A stretch of DNA of 64,000 bases from Bigelowiella natans CCMP2755 (lineage: Eukaryota; Protista; Cercozoa): NCBI GenBank assembly GCA_000320545.1, contig ADNK01000630.1, forward strand, positions 2,460 through 66,459. The letters run 5' to 3'. The translations under genes and the position numbers were made by a program. Position 1 is the first letter of the stretch, and each line of letters begins with the position of its first letter. The notes below the pieces were generated by a model. That model searched no databases and was not told the origin of the DNA. It was given only the letters and a program-made list of their open reading frames with translations. Positions 52,159 through 64,000 of the stretch are shown piece after piece.

Positions 52159-52949
52159 TAGGATTAGAGATGCGAGGAAGTAGAAGACACGCCTCATATC
52201 TATACTCCCAATTTACAACAACTAGGCTGAAAATTCCGAGCTTTTTTCAAGCAAGCCGAGCAGTATTCATTGTCTCGCTCCTTACGCTGGATTTAGTTTG
52301 TGCTGGAATTGGTTTGTGCGTTCGATTGTATCAGGTCAAGTTGGTTTTGTCACATGCAATGCAATTTCCCCAATCATGTAATCAACCAATTACTCAACAT
52401 TTTAACACAGTACGTATTCCGTATTTAGCGCATTCTCATATCATCAAAATGCGCACTGTTTTCTTAGAAGCATTAATAATAGTAATAGGCTTGGAGTAGG
52501 CAAGTTCGTTGTTGCACGCACAGCAGGAATCTCTCCTCCCCTCTCTGTCTCTCTCGTTCCGAACAGATGTTACCCACGAACTGTACGAACCAGCTTATGA
52601 GCTCTCTCTCGGCTATTCGTTTGTCGGATAAAGCTGGAAAAGTACGTATCTTACCTTGTCGCAGGCGTAAATTGCATTACATTCTAATCTTCAAGGGCAC
52701 AAACGACTGGAAGATATCCTGGTGTTTGAACATTAGATGCATGTGGAAATCGTCCTGCGACATGGACCAAAGGATGTCTTTCCCTCCCATAGGGGTGGGG
52801 TAATAAACGACGCTCTGCTTCCTCGGCGGGAGGAGAAGAGGTAACACATTCCATGATGCAGGATTGAAGGAGCCGAGGAAGCAATCAGTCCGTCATTCAC
52901 ATTTCCAATCTCCACATTTCCCCACAGCATCCCTCCTAACTTCGTGCCT

Positions 52950-54626
52950 ATGATGAAGTATGCCGAGGTTGATACGCAGGATGGAACTGGCTTGGAATTG
53001 AAGCGGATTGATGTTGAAATCGGGGGTGGTGATCTCACTGCTAACGAGGAGCTCCAAGTAGAACAAGACACAGCTGCAGGCAAAATATCATGGTTTTCCC
53101 CCTTTCTTTTCAAGGGATACAGGCTTCTCTGGACAACGAATGTAGCTGAATTCACGGGTAGGACATTATCAGAGATATCCATTCTTGTTTGGCTCTACGA
53201 GGCGACAGGTGATGCCCTTGCTCTTGGATGGCTGGGTATTATCACTCTGTGTGTACAGGTACCCTCAATCCCTATCGGAGGGGTACTAGCTGATGAAGTT
53301 GACCGACGAGTCCTCATATCAACGATGCAAGCTGCAGCCTGTGCCACATCAACGATTCTCGGTGCTCTATGCTACTTTGGTGACCTAAGGATTCCTATGG
53401 CATACTTGGCAGTGGGGGTGCTGCAACTGACATCACAGCTCGAGAACTCTGCGCGGGGAGCTCTAACAGCCTCGGTAGTAAGCGATGACGTATTGCCAAG
53501 GGCTGTCTCTACAAATGTAGTGACCGATAGTTTGGGAGAGGTACTAGCGCCTATTCTTTTCTTTGCTGTAGCTGGAACGACAGATCATGCATCAGAGCAT
53601 TCTCTCGCAATTGCCTTCTTCATCGCCTCACTTTCATATGCTATCGCTGCGGTTATGCCATTGATGATACAACTAGATGTTGAAGCAAGAGCATCAAATC
53701 CAGGTTTAAACTTGGCAGGGGATGGTGGTGGCGAAGACGGGAATAGTAGCGAATCCAACGGCGAAGGAAATGAAAAGTTAGGCGAGGATAATGAAGCTGT
53801 ATCAAATCTTGATGAGAAGAAAACCGAGAACGACTCCTCTGACATTCAAAATAAGGGCGAGAATGGAAATTCGTCGGATGATAATGTCGATAACAATAAT
53901 AGCAACTCCTCTCTCATGACGGTGTTAGCTAGGCGGTATTCTTCCCTGATAGAGGGATTCCGGTACATCATGGGGCATCCATTGCTGCCAGGACTTTATG
54001 CACTGGATTGGGGTATGACGTTGGTATCATTCTACCGGGAATTGTTCCCCTTATTCGTTGCTGAACTATTCACTGAGGGACGCGAGTCGCTTGGACTCTC
54101 AGAGCGGGGCGCTGTTGCCCTTCTCACAAGCATCAACTTTCTTGGAGGTGTGGTAGGAGGATTGATAACCTTCAAGGCCCAGGACTGTGACGATCACTAT
54201 GGGCGCCAGGTAGTGATAGCGACACTTGCTTATGCTGCTGGATGTGTTCTTTTCGGCGCTACTCGTTACTTCTTGGTTGGGGCTCTAGCAGTGTTTTGGT
54301 GTGGGGCATGTGACGCGGTGGGAGCGACAATGCGCAACATCGTCGTTATGCTCACAACACCTGACTCAATGCGAGGAAGAGCACGATCGGGTCACTCTCT
54401 CGCTGCGAACGTGGCAAATTCATTAGGGCAGCTTTATGTCGCCGCGATGTCAACTGTTATCGGCCCAGGATTCACAATGATCCTTGGTGGTGTATTGACA
54501 GTGGTTGCAGTTTTTTGCTCAGTGGCTAGGATTCCGGAGTTACTAGCTCATCATGGAAAGAGTAGCAATAGTAATAACGAGAGACACGAAGACGATGAAT
54601 TAATTGCTGATGTCAGCGATGAATAA
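52950..54626 (+). CDS. Intronless major facilitator superfamily transporter (MFS_3/DHA3, EntS-like)
   Basis: Uninterrupted ORF of about 558 aa with about 12 hydrophobic segments, motif A GGVLADEVDRR, C-terminal TPDSMRGR and an acidic/Asn-rich central loop. Confidence 0.92.
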   Translation: MMKYAEVDTQDGTGLELKRIDVEIGGGDLTANEELQVEQDTAAGKISWFSPFLFKGYRLLWTTNVAEFTGRTLSEISILVWLYEATGDALALGWLGIITLCVQVPSIPIGGVLADEVDRRVLISTMQAAACATSTILGALCYFGDLRIPMAYLAVGVLQLTSQLENSARGALTASVVSDDVLPRAVSTNVVTDSLGEVLAPILFFAVAGTTDHASEHSLAIAFFIASLSYAIAAVMPLMIQLDVEARASNPGLNLAGDGGGEDGNSSESNGEGNEKLGEDNEAVSNLDEKKTENDSSDIQNKGENGNSSDDNVDNNNSNSSLMTVLARRYSSLIEGFRYIMGHPLLPGLYALDWGMTLVSFYRELFPLFVAELFTEGRESLGLSERGAVALLTSINFLGGVVGGLITFKAQDCDDHYGRQVVIATLAYAAGCVLFGATRYFLVGALAVFWCGACDAVGATMRNIVVMLTTPDSMRGRARSGHSLAANVANSLGQLYVAAMSTVIGPGFTMILGGVLTVVAVFCSVARIPELLAHHGKSSNSNNERHEDDELIADVSDE

Positions 54627-55277
54627 ACTCAATATGGATATGGCCTAGCTTGCCACATTATCCACCTCGTAGTGTACTTACGCGTCTACTAATTAAGAAA
54701 GGACAACACATATGTAGCATGCGAATTTCGTGACGCATTAATTAATACACGCTCTGTGCGATCTCACCCCTTAACTACTATGCTATGGGAGCATATATAG
54801 TACTTGTTACGAAGCTATACACTCTATCTCGATCTTAATAAAAGCATGCGAGCCATTTGCATTGCATTTATGCGTATGACAATATGCATATAACAATTGT
54901 TATATATAAAGTATAGAGCAGATATACAAGTGAAACGTGGTAACCTTATGTGACAATGATACTCTTATAGTTTCCATACTTTTATTTGCAATACCTCGCT
55001 GCAGGCATGCACGTACGTACGCTTGAATTCAACAGTTTGTTGGGCATGCGATGTATAGGTGTTAGATTCCTATTCGTCGTCTATTAGGGAACATTACTCG
55101 TAGTGCAACATCGACCATATCACATTTGTTGTCGCCCAGGTACGCATGTAGATCACGTAAATGGGGAAATTTATCATCGCATCACGGATAAGCGACGTGT
55201 AACATGCAGATCCAATCTCCCTTTCCTGTACATGCATTGTTATGTTTCCTAGACTTGTTGAATGGCATGCACGATAC

Positions 55278-58200
55278 TCAGGCATCTTGAGAGAATAGAT
55301 GCGACAATAAGTTTCTTGTGCTGACTTTAGCACGTGATTGTAATCGAGGTGTTGGTATGAGAACGCTGTCATCGCTGTCGCTATCCTCGTCTTTTGAAAT
55401 ACTTTGACCCAAGCTCAACCTCAACTTTGGGCCGAGAGATGAAAATGCATCATCTGAAATATTTTTGGACGTCTTGCCCACTTTGTCACCATTATTTGGA
55501 TCAAGGTTTTTGTTCTGCTTTGTGTCCGTAGCGATGCTCTTGCGGCTCGTGAAATTGCCATTCTTATCTTTTAGGCAATTTCGTGCCTGGTTCGACACCA
55601 GGTTTGGGACGAGAGATGTGCACGATTCTTCGGAAGTAGTATTTTTGGACTTGTCGCCCGCTTTCTCCTCCACACGCAACACCGTGCGCAGACACTTTTC
55701 ATCCGTAGCAGTGCGCCCTTCTACAGAGCTTTTGGAATGGAAATGATTTTCTTCATTCGAGGTGAGGAACTCTATTGTAACGACATCAGATGTCATATGC
55801 ACGAGCCGTAAAATCTCAGTAAAAGCTTTAAGCTCAAAAACTGGTTCGTCGTCTATTTTCAGGACTTTCCACCCCAACCTAATTCCGCATTCCTGCCCCT
55901 TTGGAGTCACCGAGTCAACCACACAGTTTTCATCGACAGAACATGTAGGCTCATCGCACGGAAGAGAAACTTTGATTCTGTTCGTGGCATGTTCCATCAC
56001 AGTCTCGCACTGCTGATCAGGAGCACAGCACCCGCAAAAGCAGCAGGCACAGAACGGGAAAACGATAACGAATTCTAGTAATGAGAGAGCAAAGATCCTG
56101 ACGAGGATGTCCTCAGGAATGCAGATGAGAAGCGCAAGCGCCGACTTCGTGGATGTGGCTCCTAATCGATACGAAAGGATAGCAAGGAGGAAGCAACACC
56201 CGAGAATTATCGTCCCAGAGATCCAGATGGCGACGTAATCAGTTGCAATCCAATCATAATGCTTGGGCGTCGTCGTTACAACTTGAGCATCAGAACGGTT
56301 GCTACCAACACTGAGCCTACGATGAGACTCCTTGCTGCTATCGGCTTCGCAATTACTGTAATGAATCGGATGACTCGGCACAGATTTCTTCCTATCGGCA
56401 TCGCATTTACTGGAATGAATCGCGTGGCTCGACATAGATTTCATGTGCAGTGAGAGGCTTCTTCTCCGTGGAACGCGTGCAGAGACGCCATCCATCCACG
56501 CTTCTTGTCGTCCTTTTTGAGAGTAGTCATCATCCTCATCACCTCTTCCACTTTTATCATCAACCTGGCTCGATCTTCGCAGTAGTGCGACGGTACTGCC
56601 AACGAAGGACCCGATTTGTGCTCCGATCGCAGCAGCTGCTGCAGACATTTTATGACTCTGCTTCTCATCGTCATCGTCATCTTGTTCACTGTCTTCCTGG
56701 CCCGCTTCCCCTCCCCCGGTATTCTCGCCTATTATGCCAAGTAAAACATCATTTTCATAAGCACCTTCATCAGTCATTATTGTTGTCACTGTTGTAGTTT
56801 TTGCTGATCAAGATTTAGCATGTGTTTTTCTCTCCCTTCATTCCCCCACCTCTCTCGTTCTTTATGTGTCGTGTATTTGCATGAGTACTGATTTGTGCTG
56901 ATTTGTACATCGAAAGTGTAGCTAGCATATACTACGAGTAGACGACGCAGCGGATACTACCTGCTGCTGCTTCCTTGCTCATATTTGTCACATCCCACTC
57001 CACATCGTCAGCAATGATAAGTAGACAAGGGAGGAAGGCAATCAAACCGGAGCTTTTGAACTCGGTTCGGAACTCTGGTGGCAGTTGCCGTGCAAAGAGG
57101 TGCGCAAGAGCGAAAGGTACAGGGAAGGCTAACATCACGCTCATCAGCGAGGCCGCGACCATTCCAGATAGGTAAAAGATCTGCTGCTCAGTACCGATCA
57201 GGAGCAGGCAAACAGTGGCGGTGTTGAATAGTAGGGTTGACAGAACGATTACACGCTTTTGCGAGTTCATGTAGTCTCCGGGGTGCCTGCAAAATACAGC
57301 TATCCACGGATGGCGGCGGCGCATCATCCACGTTGTTCCAAACAAGAAGTTGGGGAAAGACCTCTCGTTGTTCGCGTGTATCTTTCTCACTGAGTTGAAA
57401 GAACGCCAAAACTGCTTTTCATTTCTATGCTCAAGGCTATCGTCGCCTCTGTTCTTGCGGTCATAGCACCGAGCTATTGGAAGGGAAACCAACGTCACGA
57501 AGAGGAAGATTAGGTTGAGCGCCATCACCGCGTTGGTCGAGGGATCAAATGACTTGGTGTTGGTGGTGTCATCCTCTGACACAGAATTGACCTCGACATC
57601 AACATTGTCTCCCCCTTCTGTATTTGTACTACTCGAAAACGCGGTGAGATGAGAAGTGTTACACCACGCCTGACGACGCCCGTTGTTGCTGCTACAAAGC
57701 GAAGCAACCAACCCATTGTCACTCTCCCATCTCTCATGCTGCGGCGACCAATACAGGCATCTACAAGATGCGACCCCATCGTTGCTAACGTTGCTACGAG
57801 GGGGGGAACCGGGGGGGACGGAGAATCGGATGGGAGACGACAGATTTTGCACTATTACGCCGACTAAAGTTTTTGCTTGTTTTACCTAATAATAAGGGAA
57901 TGATGTATCACTGAGTGGTAAGGTTTAGAGCTTAATTCTACCGGAAATAACACGAATATCTTCTTTTCGCTGCTTAGACAACTCATGGCACTACCTTGAT
58001 AATGGTTAATCCCCCAGAAGAAGTCATGTTGGTAGAGCTGCTGCTGTTCCTGTTGGAGGCAGGATAAATAGAGCTACCAGCAACTACAACAGAACTAATC
58101 TGTAGATAATCTTCAGACTTGATTTCAATGCTACTGCTGCCACCTTGTGGTAGTGGTGGCACGTATACCTCGAAAGAATCGAATGCACTTCCTGCTGATA

Positions 58201-61200
58201 TCTGCAGTTTTGTTGAAGAAGATTCCTCAACAGTTTGGCCGACTAAATTGAAGGAAATTGACGATTCCGACTGCGAGGTAGTAGCACCTTTTTGGTACGT
58301 ACAGATAGTGAATGCTCGTTAGGACAATCTTCTCTCTCATGTCTTTACATTTCTTAATCAGCAAAAATCAATTGAGGCAACAAAACGGCAGAACTGAGCC
58401 AAAGATGCTTGAAAATCATAACAAGTAATCATACATATTAAACAGGTCAATAGATGTAATGCGGGCTGTTACCATCGCCGCTGCTGCTGATTCCTCTTTC
58501 AACCGACAACAACGTGGTTCTTTCTCCTGGTAGTGATCCAGAAACTAGCAGTGACGACAGGTTAGACAACACCTCCACGACTTTCGCCGCATCTGAGCTG
58601 CTTAGCTTAGATTTTGTCTGGTGTAGAGCATTGGTGGTACTACTGCTACTACTACTACTACTACTACTATCGTTAGCAGTTGAAGCTGCTGCTGCTGATA
58701 CCAAGTTTGCCATTGCCCTAGCGGCAGCTGTCACCGTGTTCGTTCTTTCTTCCCTGTCATGGGGACCATCACGACTGCTACTGCTGCTATTAGTGAGCAT
58801 GATCGTTTTCGAAGTCGTGGACTTCGTGATGTTGACGAGCAGGTCTATTGCTAAGCGCTCCGCTCTCTTGCTAATCTCTCCTGATTGGCTGAAATCGGTG
58901 GCATCTTGGATCAGTGTCGCTTGTGCTTCGTCGCGAATAGAGGGACTGTTTTGATTCCAGTCATCTGCAAGCAACTGAAGCAAATCTCCACGCACAGCTG
59001 CGTTGGCTGTGACGTTGTTCGAAGAGGACGCAGATGGCAAGGAGGCATCACTTTTAAGGTAGCGGGAGAGGCCTACGAATTGGACTTTGAAACTCTCTAC
59101 ATTTCCCGCTTTCAAAAGGTCCTCTAGTTGTGTCTTGGTGTCTGACACTTGAAGAGATTGAGGGGCTGTGACGTTCACACTGAAGGTGCTGATGGCCGTC
59201 GCATCGAGGTTGTCAGCGATGGTTGCCCGTATTGAAAGACCAGTGCTGGGAGGAATAGGCGCAACGAGAGTCGTGTCAAAGAAGCTGAGTTGACGGAACT
59301 CGCACAAAGTGATGATAGTCGGAGAGCTTGAAGTAGAATAGGAAGAAGAGTTAGAAGACGATGACGATCCTGACTTTGTTTCTGCTGTTTCTATGATTTG
59401 GAATCGGTAGCGGAGGGGAATGTCAGCATCATTCCAACCTGAGCAGGACAGCCGAAACACGGTACTCAAGGCCTCACCCTTCTCTGGGAAAGACGCACAA
59501 GACCCAAGAGCGGGGGATTCATTCGTAACGACAGTCAAGCTGGCATTCCCATATGTACCAGTTGCAGTGGCTAAACAACTGAGCGTGAACGTATACGTAG
59601 TTGCAGGTTTCAGAGCGTTCGCTGCTAGAACAAGAAACGAGTTGGTTAACGACGATGATTTCACAACCTGCGAATTTGAGAGATTTAGATTGCTGCTGCT
59701 GCAGCTCCACTGAAATTCGTAGCGAGCATTGAGAGCAGGCTGAGACTCGAAAGAATTTGTAGAGGAGTTGGATGCAAACCCCTCAAAGACCAACCGTCCT
59801 GTCGGATTGACACGATTCAGGTTTGAGGCAGCAGCGGTGTCCAGATAAGAAGTATAAATGCTAGATTCAGAGGTATGCATCTTGATGAAAACGTTAGGCA
59901 CAGCAGCAGCCGTAGTGATCAATATCTGCTGTGCAACTGCAGAAAACTGGGATCCGATGCGAGAAACATTAGCAGCAACGACGTAAGTATTTGCGGTTGT
60001 TAGAAGCGACGTTGGGATGATTAACGTTTGTGAAGAAGATGAAGACGATGACCGTTCCATGACACTCTGACCGTTATATGCATTTGTTACATTCCAATCC
60101 ACCTGGATTGAATCTGAGCTGCTCTTGCCCGACACTGCTACTGAGATTGTTATGTTTGTGAGTGAGCCGTGGAGCGAGAGCAATCTCTTCGTTCCCCCCA
60201 CAATGGCTGCCGAGAGATCGTCTCTAGCGCTAGTAACGTTCAAGGTCACGAATGACCTTCCCAAAATGACGCCTGTGCTTGTTGCAATTGATGCGTTTAG
60301 TCTAAAGGCATACTGCTGCTCGGGGACCATCACGTTCGGCATGATTCGCAGCAATGTTGATTGCGTGTCTGGTACTAGTGACGCCGTTTGGATAGGGGGG
60401 GGGGAGATCTGCGTCCATCTGCCTGCAGTGATGAAACCACTTCCAGCACTTGTTGTCGTTTCTTCCGAGCAGGAGGGCACTACCTGCGCTGGGAAATAGA
60501 GGCCGCGAGAGGCAAACACCTTGATTTGTGTAGGTCCTGGCAACACAATATTTGGAAGCACAGAGGATGTCGCCTCGAAGCTGTGTACTGCGTATGATGA
60601 ATTCCCTAGCCAATTCTTCACATTCACTTGGAAACTATAAACGGCCCCCGCGGAGAAATTGCTCGTCTGACTAGCGTCGAGGGTTAACGTGCTGGCAGAG
60701 CAGCTTTCAGCTTTTGCCTGTAGTTTTTCTTCAAGTGCCATCCCACCAGCATTCCCAGGTGTTGGTTTCGCACCGAGATATGTCCAATTGTACTGCATCG
60801 CCTTACCCGCGAAACCTTCCGCTATTGCAACCAGCTCTACAACGGGAGAAGAAGCGGAAGATGGAGACGATGGCGACGACGATGACTGCGATTCAGAACA
60901 AGTAAGAACAAAGCAAAAACACGTTTATTGTTTATGAGTTGAATATTGGAATCAATATAGTAGCTACGGATCTTCTCAGGTGGCAAGGACTTGCCCTCAA
61001 ACCTTTAGTGTTGGTGAAATACCGATGGAATGTTCTCCGCATCAAAATATAATTCCCTCATAGAGCAACACCTCTGTTTGATCGAACTCGCTTCCTCCCC
61101 CCTTTTCCTCCCAACAACAATTGACTTACATTGGAGCATTGGCCGACTTCGGCAGGGCCTTTAATCTGAACAGAGACTGATGGAAGAACTTGAGGCAGCT

Positions 61201-62026
61201 GGAGATACAACGCCGTCGTAGGGAAAGTGCCTTTAGATGAGCGACTACTCACAAGATCGCTCTCTAATGCAACAGCTTCCTCTTTTAATATAATTTCAGT
61301 ACCCTCCTCAGCGTTAAAACCAAGCCCGAGGAAGATTTGTAGCATCTTCGATGTTGACCAGACACAACTATAGTCCTTACCTAGTAGTGTGGATAGGTCT
61401 TCCTCGGCCATGTCGAGCATGGATTTACCTTTATTAGACAACGTATGATTATCAATAGTGGGAATGTTGTGACTGCAAGTATTGCCTGTCTACAACATGA
61501 TTCGTCAAAACAACACTCCTCCCGATTTTAATCGTGCACTTTCGATTGACTATTTTTTTCCGGCTGTTTCCAGTACGGATAGCATTGCAGTGCACCAAGA
61601 ACCCATACACATCAACAGTTTGCATACAACGACAAACATGTACGACTAACAGCGTTCTACGATATCACTACAGGAAAGGTCATCCGGTGCATTTGTAGCA
61701 GCATCGAAGCGTATCTCGACTTTAGAAACCAACGAATCAAACTGCGCGGACAGAGCAACAGGCACCGTTCCGACTGTCAAGGGCGCCGAAGATGGACCTG
61801 AGGTGAGGAGCACATTCAGCATCAGTAAGACGGATCAATTTGAAGACAGATCAATTTGATAGGTGGGATGATGCCATTCCACCTATTATAACACTGAAAG
61901 TTGTTGTAGTCACTCCTCGCTTAAAAACAGAGGAATCAGCCTCAAGAAGGGGAGACAGGTTCCATTGGAAGTGATGGTGATGGTGATGGTAGTATGTTCA
62001 CTAAAACAAGCTTAGTCGCCACCACC

Positions 62027-62074
<48 letters not shown>

Positions 62075-62547
62075 GAGAGAGAGTAAGAGTGAGAGTGAGA
62101 GGGGGGGGGTGAAGGCAAGGTAAGAGCCCCTCCCCGTATGGAGGACCAGACAGAGAAGATCATTAGCGGCATCATCAATGAATTAAATGAATGAATGATG
62201 ACCTGCGGTAGAAGGTGTTGCCGTTGGTGAGATAGAAGGACAGGTGGTTAATGGGCAGGTTGATGAGGGAGCTATCGTTTGCGGTGCTTGAGAGGGTGTA
62301 GCAGAGGGCATGCCGGTCGGTGAAGAGGAAGAAGGGGAAGAGGAGGTAGGCGATTGAGTTATTGGTGAAGAGGAGGTAGGAGAACGAGAGGGTGCACTCG
62401 TAGGCGAAGAAGAAGGTGAAGTCGAAGGTGCTGGTGGAGGATTTGGAACCAGTTGTGGTGAGTCAGGAAATTCAACAATCCCCCTCAGATATTGCTCCTA
62501 TGTATGTTGAATCAGTATAAAATAACCAGACATTAGTGTTTGTCTGC

Positions 62548-62578
<31 letters not shown>

Positions 62579-63394
62579 CTTCTTCCATGGATTAGCTATT
62601 CTTCATGAGGGAGTGCAATAATACCGTCTGTGCTAGAATTATGTGGCTAGAGTTAGATGGAAAATGCATGATTCCGTAAACTCCTTGTATCCTAAAAAGA
62701 CAACAACATCAGCACAAACGGTACAAATCTTCTGTGCGAGAAAGCCCTTTTGTTTTGATACAAAAACGTGTGTTTTGTGGATTGAATGTGCGAGTGTTGT
62801 GAGGATGTTCACATCACCGTGCGGAGGATCCAGGTCCATCTGCATCCCCCTGATATGCATTTAGAGATGTGAGAAAGAGTTATCGTTCGTAGTATAGTAG
62901 CATATTTCAAAGATTCTTTTTCTAAAAGTTGGCTACTTCTTGCCTCGGAGCAGTGTTTTATGTATTAAATTTAACGCCGCTGAAAAGCGAACAAATTTGT
63001 CTTTGAGCGAAGCGTATCGTGAACCGAAAACAGCAGTATATTTGTTGTCTTCCTTAGTTTAGAGGTGATATTTTACGTGTAGAGGCTGTTATTTCTGTGC
63101 GTGTTGTTACCGGGGTTCCGTCTCCAGCTATTGTATCTACCGTTGAAGTAGATAAATCCAATCTTCGAATTTTACAGAACGGCGACTATTGCAAAAAGCA
63201 CCACCTCCAATCTCAGGTCAATGAGGGTCAAATGTTCCAGTTTGATGCTCAGACTGGCAAGCACAAACCTCCATGACCGCGAATACACATATAAAAAAGC
63301 CATAGTTTCCAACAATTTTTAATACTTCAAAAGAAATCCACGAAAGGCTATTGATAAATGCCAACTTAAGCCATATCGTGTCCAATTCACAGTT

Positions 63395-63433
<39 letters not shown>

Positions 63434-63792
63434 ATATATATACATATATACATATGTGTGTGTGTGTGCAAAATTCATTAAATTCGGTCTGTGTTATTCT
63501 TTATCTATGTCGCATCATCGACGACCACTTGAGAGATGTAGAGCATCCCCGTTTGTCTGAGTGCATAATTTCGTAACATAGAAGATATTTATATCAGATA
63601 TTTATATCAGATATAATGAAATGTCTTTTATTGTAAATACGATAAACTTTTTTTCTTATTACTCGGAGAGTGAGATATAACGGGGTAGACCGAGCTTGGC
63701 TGAGCTTGCAGGCCTACAGCAGCGAAAAGGAGGACGTACATGAAGAGAAGGGAGATTATAGTAGTAATGCTTTGATACTCAAAACGTATCAT
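55278..63792 (-). CDS. Polycystin-1/REJ-like receptor: signal peptide, S/T/P stalk, REJ module, GPS motif, multi-TM region, PDZ-like domain
   Basis: Hydrophobic leader near 63.7 kb; SPT-rich stalk at 62.2-62.5 kb; REJ-type repeats (FQWSC, LKPATTYTFTL, GEALSTVFRLSCSGWNDADIPLRYRF); GPS CLYW..RWES..CNTSHLTAF; TM block with HPW..KR; PDZ-like VVDSVTPKGQECGIRLGWKVLKIDDEPV. Confidence 0.82.
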
Positions 63793-63838
63793 TCTCTGAG
63801 ATGTGAGACGGTATGGGGGTATGTGTGTGTATGAGTGT

Positions 63839-63891
<53 letters not shown>

Positions 63892-64000
63892 GGGGGAAGG
63901 GGGGGGTATAGATATAATAATCAACTTACATTGAAATTGATGCCTCGGATTCTGTGCAAGGGACTTACACAACACACACATTATGTACACACACACACAC

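Noticed and set aside
11003-63792. A functional flagellar or bicarbonate-signalling cluster (SPEF1, soluble adenylyl cyclase, bestrophin, polycystin-like)
   Set aside because: The genes are interspersed with unrelated ones and share no visible regulatory element; adjacency alone is not evidence in a eukaryote.

Overview
Gene-dense, intron-rich eukaryotic nuclear DNA with many microsatellites, probably from a protist or alga (a chlorarachniophyte-like genome is my guess, not established). The ORF track is mostly misleading because exons are short, so I assembled about 16 spliced genes by hand. They are: Rpp21/Rpr2-like, DDA1-SAP, a GT61-like/PAN/GT7 glycosyltransferase, SPEF1, TMEM145/GPR180-like, an ADCY10-type soluble adenylyl cyclase, RMD1/DUF155, a voltage-sensor/bestrophin fusion, an N-terminally MGxxxS globin, a PAXX/XRCC4-like protein, a DOT1-like methyltransferase, a small KIX-domain protein, an ankyrin protein, an intronless MFS transporter, a REJ-GPS-PDZ polycystin-like receptor, and one partial gene at the left edge. 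Two observations stand out. (1) On the minus strand at about 33.8-38.7 kb, a complete S1-S4 voltage-sensing domain (S4 = FRLLRLLRLMRIGK, absent from the ORF track) splices in frame onto a full bestrophin channel that lacks the Ca2+ clasp, making it a candidate voltage-gated bestrophin. (2) Several intergenic tracts have lost almost every TpA except in CTAG, and a local 50-bp duplication differs only by TA/TG/CA exchanges, pointing to a targeted 'reverse-RIP'-like TpA>TpG/CpA mutational process. No rRNA, tRNA, CRISPR array or intact transposon was recognised. Gene boundaries are manual and approximate unless stated.
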